The notes below the pieces were generated by a model. That model made no database searches, had not been told where the DNA came from, and was given only the letters and a program-made list of their open reading frames with translations. This document shows, in pieces, positions 11,506-23,398 of a stretch of 64,000 bases of DNA. The position numbers and the translations under genes were made by a program. Source of the stretch: Rhynchopus sp. YZ270_cl-10 (taxonomy: Eukaryota); NCBI GenBank assembly GCA_964035575.1, contig OZ037843.1, positions 1,550,001-1,614,000 of the forward strand. The letters run 5' to 3'. The number at the start of each line of letters is the position of its first letter. Within the stretch, counting starts at the first letter, position 1.

Positions 11506-14268
11506 ATGCGGTTTGCAGTCTTGTCTGCTTTGATATGCAGTGCTGCAGCTGTGCCACCACAGCCGTGTGCTGATCCCATCCTGCTCACGTCGTTCACAGA
11601 CTTCAGTGAACATGACCCGACCCGAACTCTAACCTTTGCGGGTGGGTTCCGGATGGAGGCGGATGTGACCGTGAACGCAGTGACAGATTGGGGACGCGTG
11701 TTTGACTTTTCGAATGGAGCAGGCCAGGACAATGTGCTGCTTGGGCTAGATCAGGGGGGGAAGTGGAACGCCCATGTGTACCACGGCACCACAAGACAGG
11801 CTGGGATCTTGGACCCCGTAGCCTCGCCGTTGGGTGTCGAGATGTCTATGGTGCTGGTGTACACACGCACGGGCCCTACGACAGGGCCGGCTGTGCTCTA
11901 CATCGATGGTGTCGAGCGCGTGAGTGGCGACTCAGGTCTTCCCCTCATGGTCACACGCACGAACAACCTCGTGAAGAGCAGCCCGTGGCCCCAAGATACG
12001 CCGCTCGACGGCACCGTCAAGAACTTCAAGTTCTATGCGTGCGATGCGACAAATGCTCCGGACACAGATGCACCACCAACTGACGCTCCAGCTACAGACG
12101 CACCACCTACGGATGCACCTGCAACAGATGCACCTGACACAGATGCACCACCAACTGACGCTCCAGCAACAGACGCTCCGGACACAGACGCACCACCAAC
12201 AGATGCACCGGCAACTGATGCACCAGCTACAGACGCTCCGGATACAGATGCACCATCAACAGACGCACCTGACACAGATGCACCACAAACTGATGCTCCA
12301 GCAACAGACGCTCCGGACACAAGTGCCCCACCAACTGACGCACCACCAACTGACGCTCCAGCTACAGATGCTCCAGCGACTGACGCGCCTGCAACAGATG
12401 CACCTGACACAGACGCGCCAGCAACTGACGCACCACCAACTGACGCACCGGCAACTGACGCACCTGACACAGATGCACCACCAACTGACGCACCAGCGAC
12501 AGACGCACCGGCAACTGATGCACCTGACACAGACGCACCACCAACAGATGCACCCGCAACTGATGCACCAGCTACAGACGCTCCGGATACAGATGCACCA
12601 CCAACAGACGCACCTGACACAGATGCACCACCAACTGACGCTCCAGCGACAGACGCACCGGCAACTGACGCACCGGTGACAGATGCTCCAGCTACAAACG
12701 CACCTGACACGATGGCGCCTTTGACACCTGCACCCCTGACAACAGCGCCTGTAACGTCAGCTCCAACCACAGTACCCACAGCCTCACCCACACCCGCACC
12801 CACAGCTGTGGAGACTACGGCGCCACGCTTCCGCGACACACCCACAAGTGGGCTCAAGGCCGAGTCGAAGGAGACGATCGAGGTGTCTTCCACCGTCGCA
12901 AGCAGTGCAGCAGTGGCGGGTGGTGCAGCAGGCAACGCAGGCAAGCTCGCAGTGCTGAACAGCTTTGGGTGTGAGATGGACGACGTGGACCTTGGTGACG
13001 AGACACTTGACTGGGAGTTCCACCCGCTCATGTTTGCGATGGGCTCTGCGCACGGGAAGTACAAGGTGGCTGCGATGGTGATGAACCCTCTGCTCATCAT
13101 GGTTGTGGGGATGATTGCGGTTGGCGTCTCGCTTGCGACGCAGCACACCTTGCATTACGCGAAGGAACGTGCGCTTGGGCTTGCACGCTTCCCGGGTGTG
13201 CTGTACGTGCCGTACCTGTTCCTGCTGCAGGGGACAAGCCTTGTGTCGACACAGGTTGTGTTCGACGCGTCGCGGTACTCGGCAGGTGTGGTGGTGATGG
13301 CGGCTGCAGTGCTGGGTGTGTGCCTCGTGTCGCCCGCACTTCTGTACTTCACTGTCCTGCGCCATGTGGAGCGCAACGCGGAGCTCTTCCCAGACCCTGC
13401 CATCACCGGGAACCCGATGACGGGCGAGCAGGGAGCACGTGCACACAGCAAGCTCTACAAGTTTGCCTTTGGGCTCGACATTTGGGTGTCACGTGAGTCG
13501 GGCCACTTCGCCGAACGCTACGGGATCTGCTTTGAGAACCTGCGCCCCGGATGTCTGTGGTACATTGTGTCTGAGCTGCTGTGCATTCTGTGCCTCTCAC
13601 TGCTCTCTGGCTGGAAGCCGACCACCAAGACTGCATGCGACACACGCAACTTCTCCATTGCAGTCATGCTCACCGCCTTCTTCCTTGCAGCCGCCATCAA
13701 ACGCCCTTTCATCGCACCCTTGGACAACCTTGTTGCGATCATAATGGGCTTTTCGATGGCCATGGCCGTCATCCTTATGTCCATTGCCATCACGACTGAG
13801 ACACAGAAGGACGCTGCCATCTACACTATCAGCATGTGGTGCCTGCTGGTGTCGGCACTGCTGATTATGGTGAAGTGTGTTTGGGACTTTGTGATGTACT
13901 CTGCGGACGTTTGCATGTCACGACGCACGGGTGCACGCGAGCTGGCACGCGACATGTACAGCAACAAGAAACACCTTAGCGAGATGGACATACTGCAGGT
14001 GAGCATGTCCGGCGTCACGACCCCAGTCTCGTCCTTCACACACGACGCCGTCGCACAGCCGTCGTCTGTCCTCTACGACTTCGACCTGGGCGCGACAGCT
14101 GGCGCACCAACGCTTCGCAAGATCTCCACACTCGAGGTCCCTCTACGCTCTACCGAGGCCTTTTCTTCAACGACGGGCAGGGCAGACGACGCCTCAGGAC
14201 ATGAAGACACAGGTGACAAGCTCAGCGCTACCTGCACCGTCACGCGTGCAAGACACATCTTTATATGA
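11506..14268 (+). CDS. Surface receptor-like protein, copy A: signal peptide, LamG/ConA-like lectin domain, (TDAPx)n mucin stalk, multi-pass TM domain (bodonin/DGF-1 C-terminus-like architecture)
   Basis: MRFAVLSALICSAAA signal. WGRVFDFSNG..DNVLLG..LYIDG..LDGTVKNFKFY LamG-like motifs. Pentapeptide repeat stalk, then about 7-8 hydrophobic helices after LDWEFHP. Confidence 0.85.
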   Translation: MRFAVLSALICSAAAVPPQPCADPILLTSFTDFSEHDPTRTLTFAGGFRMEADVTVNAVTDWGRVFDFSNGAGQDNVLLGLDQGGKWNAHVYHGTTRQAGILDPVASPLGVEMSMVLVYTRTGPTTGPAVLYIDGVERVSGDSGLPLMVTRTNNLVKSSPWPQDTPLDGTVKNFKFYACDATNAPDTDAPPTDAPATDAPPTDAPATDAPDTDAPPTDAPATDAPDTDAPPTDAPATDAPATDAPDTDAPSTDAPDTDAPQTDAPATDAPDTSAPPTDAPPTDAPATDAPATDAPATDAPDTDAPATDAPPTDAPATDAPDTDAPPTDAPATDAPATDAPDTDAPPTDAPATDAPATDAPDTDAPPTDAPDTDAPPTDAPATDAPATDAPVTDAPATNAPDTMAPLTPAPLTTAPVTSAPTTVPTASPTPAPTAVETTAPRFRDTPTSGLKAESKETIEVSSTVASSAAVAGGAAGNAGKLAVLNSFGCEMDDVDLGDETLDWEFHPLMFAMGSAHGKYKVAAMVMNPLLIMVVGMIAVGVSLATQHTLHYAKERALGLARFPGVLYVPYLFLLQGTSLVSTQVVFDASRYSAGVVVMAAAVLGVCLVSPALLYFTVLRHVERNAELFPDPAITGNPMTGEQGARAHSKLYKFAFGLDIWVSRESGHFAERYGICFENLRPGCLWYIVSELLCILCLSLLSGWKPTTKTACDTRNFSIAVMLTAFFLAAAIKRPFIAPLDNLVAIIMGFSMAMAVILMSIAITTETQKDAAIYTISMWCLLVSALLIMVKCVWDFVMYSADVCMSRRTGARELARDMYSNKKHLSEMDILQVSMSGVTTPVSSFTHDAVAQPSSVLYDFDLGATAGAPTLRKISTLEVPLRSTEAFSSTTGRADDASGHEDTGDKLSATCTVTRARHIFI
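12043..12720 (+). repeat. 15-bp coding tandem repeat (TDAP[A/P/D])
   Basis: acagatgcacca/actgacgcacc units, directly visible. Confidence 0.95.
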
Positions 14269-15340
14269 CCAGAGGGTGACGTAGATAGCTTTGGGGGGGA
14301 AAGGAAGGAAACGTGCAATTCGAATGTATCAAAAATGCGTGTAGATCATACGAAAAAAAAGCGAGGTGACTGCACATTGTCAAGTTATCAATTTATCAAA
14401 AAAACAAAAGGAAGGATTATATTTCGTGCAACTAAATATAAGCCTTTTTTGTTTTCGGCTAGCCAAAACTCTGCAACCGATTCAGAAATCATATGATTTC
14501 AATGTAAAAAAAAACGTGACCATGACATTTCTAAAATTTCTGAAGGGAATTTTATCTATGACGCTTTTCTGGATTTCTCAAACTATTGTCGCGGTTAAGA
14601 TCAAAATCTAGAGAACGAGATACACGCACGATTTTTTCCATCGCAGTTCGATTCTGTAAAGCTCAATCAAAGAAAAGGATACAGATCTTTGGCATTACGA
14701 TTCGTCGAAAAACAAAACAAGGTCAATACCCCCCAAAGGTACGCCATCAGGTGAGCCGGGTATTATGGAATGATAGAGAATGGTGTGGGTGAATACTACG
14801 CGGAAAGTGCCTGAATATAGCCATGGGGGTATGTGCCATGTGCACGTCAGGATTCCGCAAAGCATTTTTTTTTTCTCTCCCGTTGGTTTTGTATATATCA
14901 GAATGTCAAATCTCAAAATGGATAGGGCTGCGTTGTGGGGGGGTCCACTCGGTATACCCGGTCATTGTACCAGACTCCTGCATTTCCAGGTCCTGCTCCG
15001 GTTCTGTATCGTGTCTCTCCTCCTGCCGTTCGTAGACTAGACTGTCATAGATATGAGAGGGCTTTTGAATTTCAAGTCAACTTTGTTTTTTATTGGAGAA
15101 AAAGATCATTTTTTTTTTCATCTGATTTTTCCTGAAACTTTTTTTGTGGTGTTTTGGTGGTATAAAACCACTTTTTATACCAACTGAACTCCACCAAATT
15201 TCAGGCAAAAAAAAAAAAAAAAAACCAGATGGGTTCTTCTGTGCTGCAGCAGTACCAATCTCTTTCTTCAGCTCGTTTTATTCGATGTTCTGCAACCAGT
15301 CATGCATCTTATAAGTTATCTTTTATAAGGTGGGCTTAGG

Positions 15341-16094
15341 CAGGGCTCTCAAGATCCTCCACGAAAAAAGCAGAATTTTCGAAATGAGGAGGATTCATTT
15401 TTGCAAAAAAACCCCCCCAAAAAAATTTTTCCCCCGCAACGAGCGGTCGTCGCGCGCTTCGCGCGCGCCTCCCTGACAGCCACAGAGCGGAGAGGCGGGT
15501 CAATTTTGCGAGATAACAAAAAACGGAAATCTAATCCTTTCTCTTGCACCGTACGCTCCACGAACCGTACAAAACCCATACGTCTTCCGGAAGCAGGGGC
15601 TGATGCAACGGCAGGTAATTTTTTAAAAATGGCAAAAATTTTGCAGCTTTGGTCACGTTGCATTTTTTGGCTGCAAAATGCAAGGGTATCCAAAGACATT
15701 GCCAACTCTATTTTTTTGCGGAGCAAAAAAATAATATAAATGGCGCCGCAGGCGAAAAAAAATTGGGGTACGGTGTAAAAATGCTTCCTTTTACACCACA
15801 GAATCACTCAACGAACCCTTTTTTTGAGTAGCAAAAAATGAAAATGGCGCCGCAGGCAAATTTTTTTTAAGGTGCAGCCCTGGACGCTGCATACAGTCTC
15901 GAGAAAATATTGGCTCCCTCGGGGGAGACAAAGTGACCCCCCACTATAAAACCCCTAGGAGGATAATCCTCCACCCGAGCCCGCCAAAAAAAAAAAAAAA
16001 ATGGAGGAAATCCTCCACCAAAAAAGCCTGAAAAAAAAAAAAAAAGCCCCTGGAGGAAATATCCTCCCCTACGTGGAGGATCTTGAGAGCACTG
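15341..16094. mobile_element. hAT-like MITE with 8-bp TSD GGCTTAGG
   Basis: ggcttagg|cagggctctcaagatcctccacg ... cgtggaggatcttgagagcactg|ggcttagg. Confidence 0.9.
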
Positions 16095-16149
16095 GGCTTA
16101 GGGTCATCTTATAAACTTTTCTTTTATTTTGTTTTGTTTCTTTTTTTTT

Positions 16150-16375
16150 GGGGAACTGTCAGTTCTACCCTACCCCTTTTTTTTTTTTGAAATGCTCAGA
16201 AAAACCCTAAAATAAGTTCAGATTTTTGTCAGATATTCCCTAAAATCCAAAAATAGGGCATAACAGTTAAACTGACCATATCTGAACTTATTTATAGGGT
16301 CTCATGCTATCTAATAATGATTCTACATCTGACCGTTTCAAAAAATAGGGCAGGGTATACCTGACTAATCACCCC
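16150..16375. mobile_element. Short diverged relative of the 55608-57532 element
   Basis: gggaactgtcagttctaccctaccc ... atagggcagggtatacctgactaatc, with ataagttcaga/tctgaacttat subrepeats as in 55608-57532. Confidence 0.55.
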
Positions 16376-18147
16376 CCCCCCCCCCCCCATTTTTTTCCCC
16401 TGTACACGGCGCAACTATCCTTTACCATTCGTCGCTCAAGATTTGTTTCTCTCAGATGACCAAGCAGGTTCTTAGGGTCATCTGATAAACGTTTCTTTTT
16501 TTCGTTCTTCGGAACAAATACTCAGGCTCAGCCTATCAACATTCCTCTCTCTATTTTGTGAACATCATTATGGTTTCCTCCCTTTTTTTTGTTTTCATCT
16601 TTTTAGTGTTTTGCTGATCTCATAGTTTCATTTGTTCTTAGGGAATCTTTTGCGATCGCATCCCAGCTTCAACGGCAGAAAAATTTGTCAAAAAAAATAT
16701 AAAATGTGAAAATGTGGGGGTTTGATGTGGGACCTTCTGGGCTCTACACTGACAATGCTTTTCAAAAAAAAAAATCTCGTTATTTTGCAAATTTCACCCC
16801 TACGGTAGTACCGTGCAAAAAAAAAAAATAGCAACTCTGGTATTCTGGTGGCGGTATTCTGGTGGAGAAATCCAAAATACCAAGTGTGCACTAAGTACGC
16901 AAGAAACCCCCCGAAACCCCTAGATCACCCCCCATCCTCGGTGAGTCTAACAAAGGTAATCCAGGAATTCAGCAAAAAAAAAAAAAAAAACAGTGGAGAT
17001 TGCACAACTGTGTCAACACAACCGAAGCAACTACACTACTCCAACAATTTATCAAAAAAAATATCAAACAAAACACGGTGCTCTCGGAAATCGGTGAACG
17101 ACCTGTCAACGACCTGTCAATATCGACCCCCTCCGGCGTACCATAACACTTTATAAGCAACAAAAGCAACTCTCCTGCTATCCTTTCTTTCGTTACTTCA
17201 GAACCACTTTTGCGTTTGCATCGAAAAGCAATACCGGGTTGTGCACAATGATGCATGCTGTGCTATTTTATTTTAAAAACACTTATGATGTGACTGAATA
17301 AGGGGGGGCGGAAAAAGTGCGGAAAAAGAGCGAATTAGTCTTCGAAAAATTTTTCCCAGTGCACAAAAAGTGCGGAAAAAGTGCGAATCACCCCCCCTTC
17401 AGCCACAAATTAGTTTTAGTTTTTGCTGTGAAAGTGAGCTTCGGTGTGTATTTTTTTTTGTATGCCTGACGCACACTTCTTGTTGTCACCCCTTCCTCTC
17501 ATAACCCTCACCCCTTAAAAGGGGTGGGTGCTGCCACAGACGTTCGTCCCCAACTTTTTTTGTTTTTCTCAGGTGACTCAAAGCATGAGAGGCTATAGGG
17601 ACTCATCCGGCAAAAAAATACCGTGTTTCGAAACAATATGGATCAGAAAAATTGATGCATAAAAAAAAATTCCCAAAATTAATGCAAAAGGTCCGCAAAT
17701 TATTCTGGTCTACGACTGGCTAGTCAGGAGGACTACTAGTAATGCTATGTGTCCAAATGACTAGTGTTTACGACTAGTGTTACACCAGCATCACTACTAG
17801 TTTAGCACGAGTCGTTGCGACGAGTAGTTCCACTGGCAGTCCTTTGACCAGTCCGCTGTGTCCATGTTTTTTCGAAACACGATAATCTCTTCTTCCACGC
17901 AATATGTCAGAATCTTGATCAAACCTAAATATTAAATACCGGTAGCTGATTTTTTGCCTGAAATTTGGTGGAGTTTTGGTTGGTCAAAGTGCTTTTAATA
18001 CTACCAAAAACGCCATTCAAATTCGAGGCAAAAGTCAGGGTGGTTAAAAGAGGAAACACAGACTTTTGCGATATTGCGAATATTTTCATCATCGTTTTGT
18101 TTTCAGAGGTGTAGTGCACTCTTCCTCCTCTCCCCTCCCCTCCCCCG

Positions 18148-18276
18148 CACAGCTGAGAATAAGACTCGGGGACCCGGTTATTCTCAGCCGGACTGGGACT
18201 AGGACCTGGACCTGGACTGGGGATCAGGACCTGGACCAGGACCCGGGACCAGGGACCCGGCTTATTCTCAGCTGTG
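18148..18276. mobile_element. 129-bp MITE with 8-bp TSD CTCCCCCG
   Basis: ctcccccg|cacagctgagaataag ... cttattctcagctgtg|ctcccccg, with internal ggacc(t/a) microrepeats. Confidence 0.8.
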
Positions 18277-18295
18277 CTCCCCCGTCGATACTAAA

Positions 18296-20797
18296 GGTAG
18301 GGGTCCGTTTTCGATGCATGCACCCCTATCCGAGATAGGTGATACAATACATCGTGGAGGTGATGTTACATAAGTCCATCACCGCCCCTGCTGTGTCCAT
18401 CCTTCTGCTTCTTCTTGCTGAAGAGGCCTCCCAACGTCGTCTGTCGCCCCCCCGCAGTGTCGTGGTGGCGGCGGCAGCAGTGGTCCAGGGTTGTCTTGTC
18501 CCGCACGCAATTTCCGCATCTCGAGAGTCTGTGTCGTGTGCACGCCTCGTGTCGAATGGCCAGCCCATCGCCGTCGGAGTGGTGCGCATAGCAGCAGTGC
18601 CTCAGGTCTGCCATCTGGTCCTTCGCACAGGCGTCACATCGGGCCTTCCGGTGCTGCACACAGATCGCAAATGGCCCAATCGAGATCGCTCCTGCAGGTG
18701 CCTTCACAGGCGCGTCTCCTGGTTTCACGTGCTCATCGTGCCTGTAACGTATGGGCACGTTCTCCTCTTCTGCCTGCTCGAAAAAGCGCAGCGCCCTCCT
18801 TCCCCTCTCGTCTGCGGGGGGGTATGCCGTCTCAGCAGCGTACTCCCCCATCCACGTACCCCTCGCTCTACCGTTGCCCCTAATCTCCCCCTCCGTCATG
18901 CCTTCCGTCTTGCGCTGCTGTCGGTACGCCGTGCCAGCGTCGAAAAGTGCACGTAGAACACGTATGGTCTCTTCACCGCCGGCAAAAACAGGACGGCAGT
19001 CGATACCGGCGAGACCGTGTGCCCCGAACGACGTCAGTGTCATAGCTATCTTCGGCTTACCCGGATGCAGTGGCGTTGCAGCATGGGTTCGGAGAGTAGA
19101 CAGCATGTGACCAAAAGTGGTCGCTTTCGCCATTTCGTTGTGGGGAAGAGCTTCTGGCATCACGTCGTCGCCGTCGCCGTCGTCGCTGCCACCCTCCCCA
19201 CCCCCGTCATCCATTTCCCCGTCGCCACCCCCACCACCATTGACCACGCCCCCAGCCCCGTTCCCCGGTTGCTTCACTTTTGGCGGCTTTTTTCCAGTCT
19301 TATCTCCGGGGCGGATGTCCATCCCCGTGGAGACCTCGAAGTCAATGAGGAGTTCCATGTGCGAGACTTCGCGTCCAGCCTCGTTGCTCCACCGTAGGCC
19401 TCCCAGCCAGTAGGCAATCGCCAGCAGCAACGCACGTCCATACGGCCATTTCTTCACTGGGAGGGTGCAGCTTCCTAACACATTCGGATACTGCGTCGTC
19501 GTGTCCGCATCCGGTTCCCATGTCCACGGATAACGCTCTTGCTCCAGTTGCGGCTTCATCTCTTGTGTCCTGTTTTGCCGGTATCGCTCGATGAGGATCC
19601 TCACCATCATCATCTGCAGGTCTGCAACACGGGCGGTGGCCAAAGGTGTTTCCGGTGTGCACATTCCGCAGATAGACAGACAGTTCGGCCAGTTCGTTCT
19701 GTCAATGTTCAGGAGTAAGGGGTAGTCCGTGCGGATGCTTTCCCATGCGACACACTCCCACCACATATGCTTGGGATCCTCATCCACCCCTGCAGCACAA
19801 TACGGGCAGGTGGCCGTTTCTCGTAACTTTGCCCTCGCAAGTCGCACCCCCGTGAGAGTACCGTCAGCCACGATGTGTCGTAACGTCCCCGCCTCGTAGT
19901 CCGACAAAACTTTGCTCTTGGTAAGCGCCAGTGTCTTCTCCTTGTCCACCCCTGCTCGGATCCCCCGCAGGTTAGCTCTGCCTCCGCCTTTTGCATTCAC
20001 GTCTGTCTTCGTACTGGAGAGCCGTATGAAGAACATGCGCTCCCGCACAAGATGGCCGAGTTCCCCTAGCTCAATGGTCTTCACATCGATGAGGTTCCCG
20101 TCGTGCGTCGTCACTGTCGTGGCGCTCTCCCATTTCCAGTTGAGGCGGAGTAGAGCGCGTGCAACCAACCCGATGGGCCCCCCAGACTTCGCTTGCTTCC
20201 GTTTCGCTCGTACCCTGCAGTTCTCAAGCAGTGCACAGATCTCCTCCGACTTGCGCGTCATCTTAGCCCACGTCATGATCCGTCTGTAGTCGAAGGCCAC
20301 CCCGGGGTCGAGTAGGTGGCCTTTCTCGAAGAGATTCAACATGACCCTGGTACTCCGTCGGCTCACCCGATTAGCGCCGTGTATTCCTCTCTCCATCGCA
20401 TTACCCAGGGTGGTCTCACAACAAACGTTAGGGTCCTGCACTGTGATCCCGTACACCGACTTGGATATCACTGCGGCCTGCATGATGCCCGCTTTTTCCC
20501 CTTGCGTCAACGGAAGGCGGCCTACCTTATCTGATAGTGGACCACATTCCCTGATCGTCTCTTCCAGTTTCGTCGGGAGCGTGGGCGCACCAGCTTGACG
20601 GGCCTGCACCGTCGCCCCCAGGCAGACCGACTTCTCGACGCGAGTGAGATCGGAGCCGTTCATCTGCACAGTTTCTTCTTCGTCAGGGCGATTGCTCTGC
20701 CACGTGCTCTTCCCCACGTGGATGCGCTGTCCCGTCAAGTCTGCGAAGTGTCCGGTGAAGGTGACTCCCGTTCGTAGCTGACTGAGTGTTTTCGTCA
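18296..20797 (-). mobile_element. 5'-truncated non-LTR retrotransposon (LINE) with 18-bp TSD
   Basis: TSD tcccccgtcgatactaaa at 18278-18295 and 20798-20815. One uninterrupted ORF fills the element. Confidence 0.9.
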
Positions 20798-20798
20798 T
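18366..20798 (-). CDS. C-terminal part of a LINE ORF2-type polyprotein (RT thumb region, zf-RVT zinc finger, C-terminal Cys/His knuckles)
   Basis: CPYCAAGVDEDPKHMWWEC (zf-RVT type). KSVCLG...ISKSVYG thumb-like region. Two CxxHxxxxCxxC...HCCxxHH motifs. The apparent ATG sits on the TSD junction, so the ORF is truncated. Confidence 0.8.
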   Translation of the reverse strand: MTKTLSQLRTGVTFTGHFADLTGQRIHVGKSTWQSNRPDEEETVQMNGSDLTRVEKSVCLGATVQARQAGAPTLPTKLEETIRECGPLSDKVGRLPLTQGEKAGIMQAAVISKSVYGITVQDPNVCCETTLGNAMERGIHGANRVSRRSTRVMLNLFEKGHLLDPGVAFDYRRIMTWAKMTRKSEEICALLENCRVRAKRKQAKSGGPIGLVARALLRLNWKWESATTVTTHDGNLIDVKTIELGELGHLVRERMFFIRLSSTKTDVNAKGGGRANLRGIRAGVDKEKTLALTKSKVLSDYEAGTLRHIVADGTLTGVRLARAKLRETATCPYCAAGVDEDPKHMWWECVAWESIRTDYPLLLNIDRTNWPNCLSICGMCTPETPLATARVADLQMMMVRILIERYRQNRTQEMKPQLEQERYPWTWEPDADTTTQYPNVLGSCTLPVKKWPYGRALLLAIAYWLGGLRWSNEAGREVSHMELLIDFEVSTGMDIRPGDKTGKKPPKVKQPGNGAGGVVNGGGGGDGEMDDGGGEGGSDDGDGDDVMPEALPHNEMAKATTFGHMLSTLRTHAATPLHPGKPKIAMTLTSFGAHGLAGIDCRPVFAGGEETIRVLRALFDAGTAYRQQRKTEGMTEGEIRGNGRARGTWMGEYAAETAYPPADERGRRALRFFEQAEEENVPIRYRHDEHVKPGDAPVKAPAGAISIGPFAICVQHRKARCDACAKDQMADLRHCCYAHHSDGDGLAIRHEACTRHRLSRCGNCVRDKTTLDHCCRRHHDTAGGRQTTLGGLFSKKKQKDGHSRGGDGLM

Positions 20799-22463
20799 CC
20801 CCCGTCGATACTAAAAGTTACGCACACCGTTTGGTGAAAATATAGTAACTCGAGTGACAAAGTACAAGACAAAAAAAAAAAAAAAAAAACTTTTTTTCAA
20901 TTTCCCCCTTTTTTAAAACTTTTCTTACAACCCTCTCCCCGCCTTTTTAAAGCCCCCTAAGGTGACTAAGCATGAGAGGCTTAGGTTCATCTTATAAGCT
21001 TCTTCTTTCTTTATGTTTGTGCGTGACAGGCTGCTGTGTGTATAGAACGAAAGATGGTAACATTTATATTGATCCGTCCTCCTGTGCTATTAATTTATTG
21101 ATTGCACCATATCATGGTGTTCCGGAGGGGGCCTATATTGACATGTCCTTGTCATGTCCTTGACAAGTCCCCTACAGTTGTTCGGTAACACCATATCTTG
21201 TTGAAATACTTTTTTCTTTATGTTTGTGCGTGACAAGCTGCTCGTCTAAAGGCTATTTTTTTAACAGCCGCAAAGGTAATTGTGCGTTCATCCTTATGGC
21301 TGGCATCGTACAGTGGGTCAGTCACTCCGGAGTGCCTGCAATAGCTATCTCTTTTTCCCCCTCCGCAATGACGGTGTGGCTGAAAAAGCCAAATAAAAAG
21401 AAAACGCATCTCGCATGTAAGACACAAAGTGATCTTTTTTTTTTTTTTTTTGGATTCAGCCACACCAGTTGCTTTTTTCTTCTTTTGGACACTGTCCCTT
21501 GCTATCTTAATCAGCTTAACCAATTTCGCAAACCCGCAAACCCCCTTCGCTTTGCGGTCAAAAGGAAGCGGAGCTGTTGATCACAGTTTTATGGAGGGGG
21601 TAAACTGCATTTTTTTTTTGTTCCGACTATTATTTTTTTCAAAGAAAGAAGTAAAATGTGCGTCTGATGTGGGTAGCGTACCCACTAAACGAAAGAAGAA
21701 CGAGGTCGTATGATTTGCACAGATTTGCGGCTTTCTGGCGCACAGAACCAACCCTTTTTAGGCGTTAAACTTACTTCGTCAATGTTTCAGCAAAACAATG
21801 GCAAAAGCAAGCAAATTAATAGTAAGCCGTCCAACCAATCATTAGCTGTCCCGCACCTCAAAACATCCCAAAAACCGATTTTTTTAAAAAGGTCATGAAC
21901 CAAAGCTACACTGTTCACGAGAGGGCTTTGTATTTCAAGTCAACTTTAAAATGGACTTTTTTTGGTTCCCACAAAAACCTTAGGTTTTGGGAGGTGCGCA
22001 ATCAGGTCCATCACCCCGTGTTATTTCCTCTTTCCATGTTTTATTAACGGGACTATTTTTTTGTTGCGTTTGCTCAACCCTCCCCCCTTCAACCCCGCCT
22101 CCCGTCCACAGCTGTATTGTGATGTGTATTGTGCATTATGAACAGCTGAACCACTACCAATGGTATACAAGTGTACAAGGACGGTATCTATTTTTATGCC
22201 GACAAAAATGCAAAGTTGGACCCCCTATCTGGGGCACATCAATGCTGATCTGGTGGCTTCCCCTTAAAGGCTTGCTTCCCCCTGAGCATGGAACAGCGAC
22301 CAACTCCGGATCCGGGCCCCGATGCGGCGGGGGGTTTTGTTTTGTTGTTTCTGTCTCAGTGTCAGTGCAACCATCGTGTGTCCTTTATTAAAGTTCGTGC
22401 ATGGTCAGGTTTAACACTCGATAGACTCGAGGCCCTACCAAAGGGAGAGACCATCCGAGAGTA

Positions 22464-23037
22464 CTGGGTGATTCAGATTGTTGTTATAGTAACCTGGGGG
22501 TGTCTCCGAAAAAAGCGAATTTTATTTTTTAGTAACAAACAGTTTTCCGGTTTTGTTACCTGGCATCTTCTTCCTCCGGATTTTTATATTTTTTATTTTT
22601 ACAAATAACAGTAACAGTTACCTGGACCTTCTTATAAAATGGCGCCGCAGGCGAAAAAAAATCAGGGTACGGTGTAAAAATCTAGCTTTCACACTACAGA
22701 GTCACTCAACGAACGCGGAGCAAAAATGAAAAATGGCGCCGCAGGCAAAGGATTTTATGGTGCGATCAGTTACCCAGGGCCCTCCCGTGGTTCAACTACG
22801 GTTCTACCAGGAACTTTTTTTGACCCTCACCACCATCACCACACGTCAGGCGAGAGGTGATGTTTTTTTTCCAATTTTTATTTTACAGTTTTCCGGGTTT
22901 GTTACCTGGGCCAGATACATTTTTATTTTAATTTTACAAAATAATTATTTTGTTACCAAATGGTTGTTACCTGGGGGAAATTTTTGGGGGTAAAATAATT
23001 ATTTAGTTTTATTTTAACAACTTTATAAATCACCCAG
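22464..23037. mobile_element. MITE with TA target duplication (Tc1/mariner-like)
   Basis: ta|ctgggtgatt ... aatcacccag|ta, with internal gttacctgg subrepeats. Confidence 0.65.
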
Positions 23038-23398
23038 TACACCCTAACCCGCAATTTTTGATTTTTTTCATTTTTGTTTTTTTGTTTCGATTGAAAAGAA
23101 TATCTTAATTATTTTCTGTAGGTACACTGTCACGAGAGGGCTTTGTATCTCAACTCTTTGTTGTGGCCCATCCATAAATTAGAGGTTAGGGATGCAAAAA
23201 TATAATATATGTTACGCCAACGGTGAGGCGTTTGCACTTTCGACATTCTTTAACTGTTCAGCTAAAGATCGTAATGTGGCAACCTGCTCACCAAGTAAAA
23301 GAAGCACCAGACGGATTGCAAGACCCGGCTATCCCGCAGAACAACACGTGCCGCCAGGGCTAGTAAGAAGTACAAAGAATGAGAAAAAAATATATATA

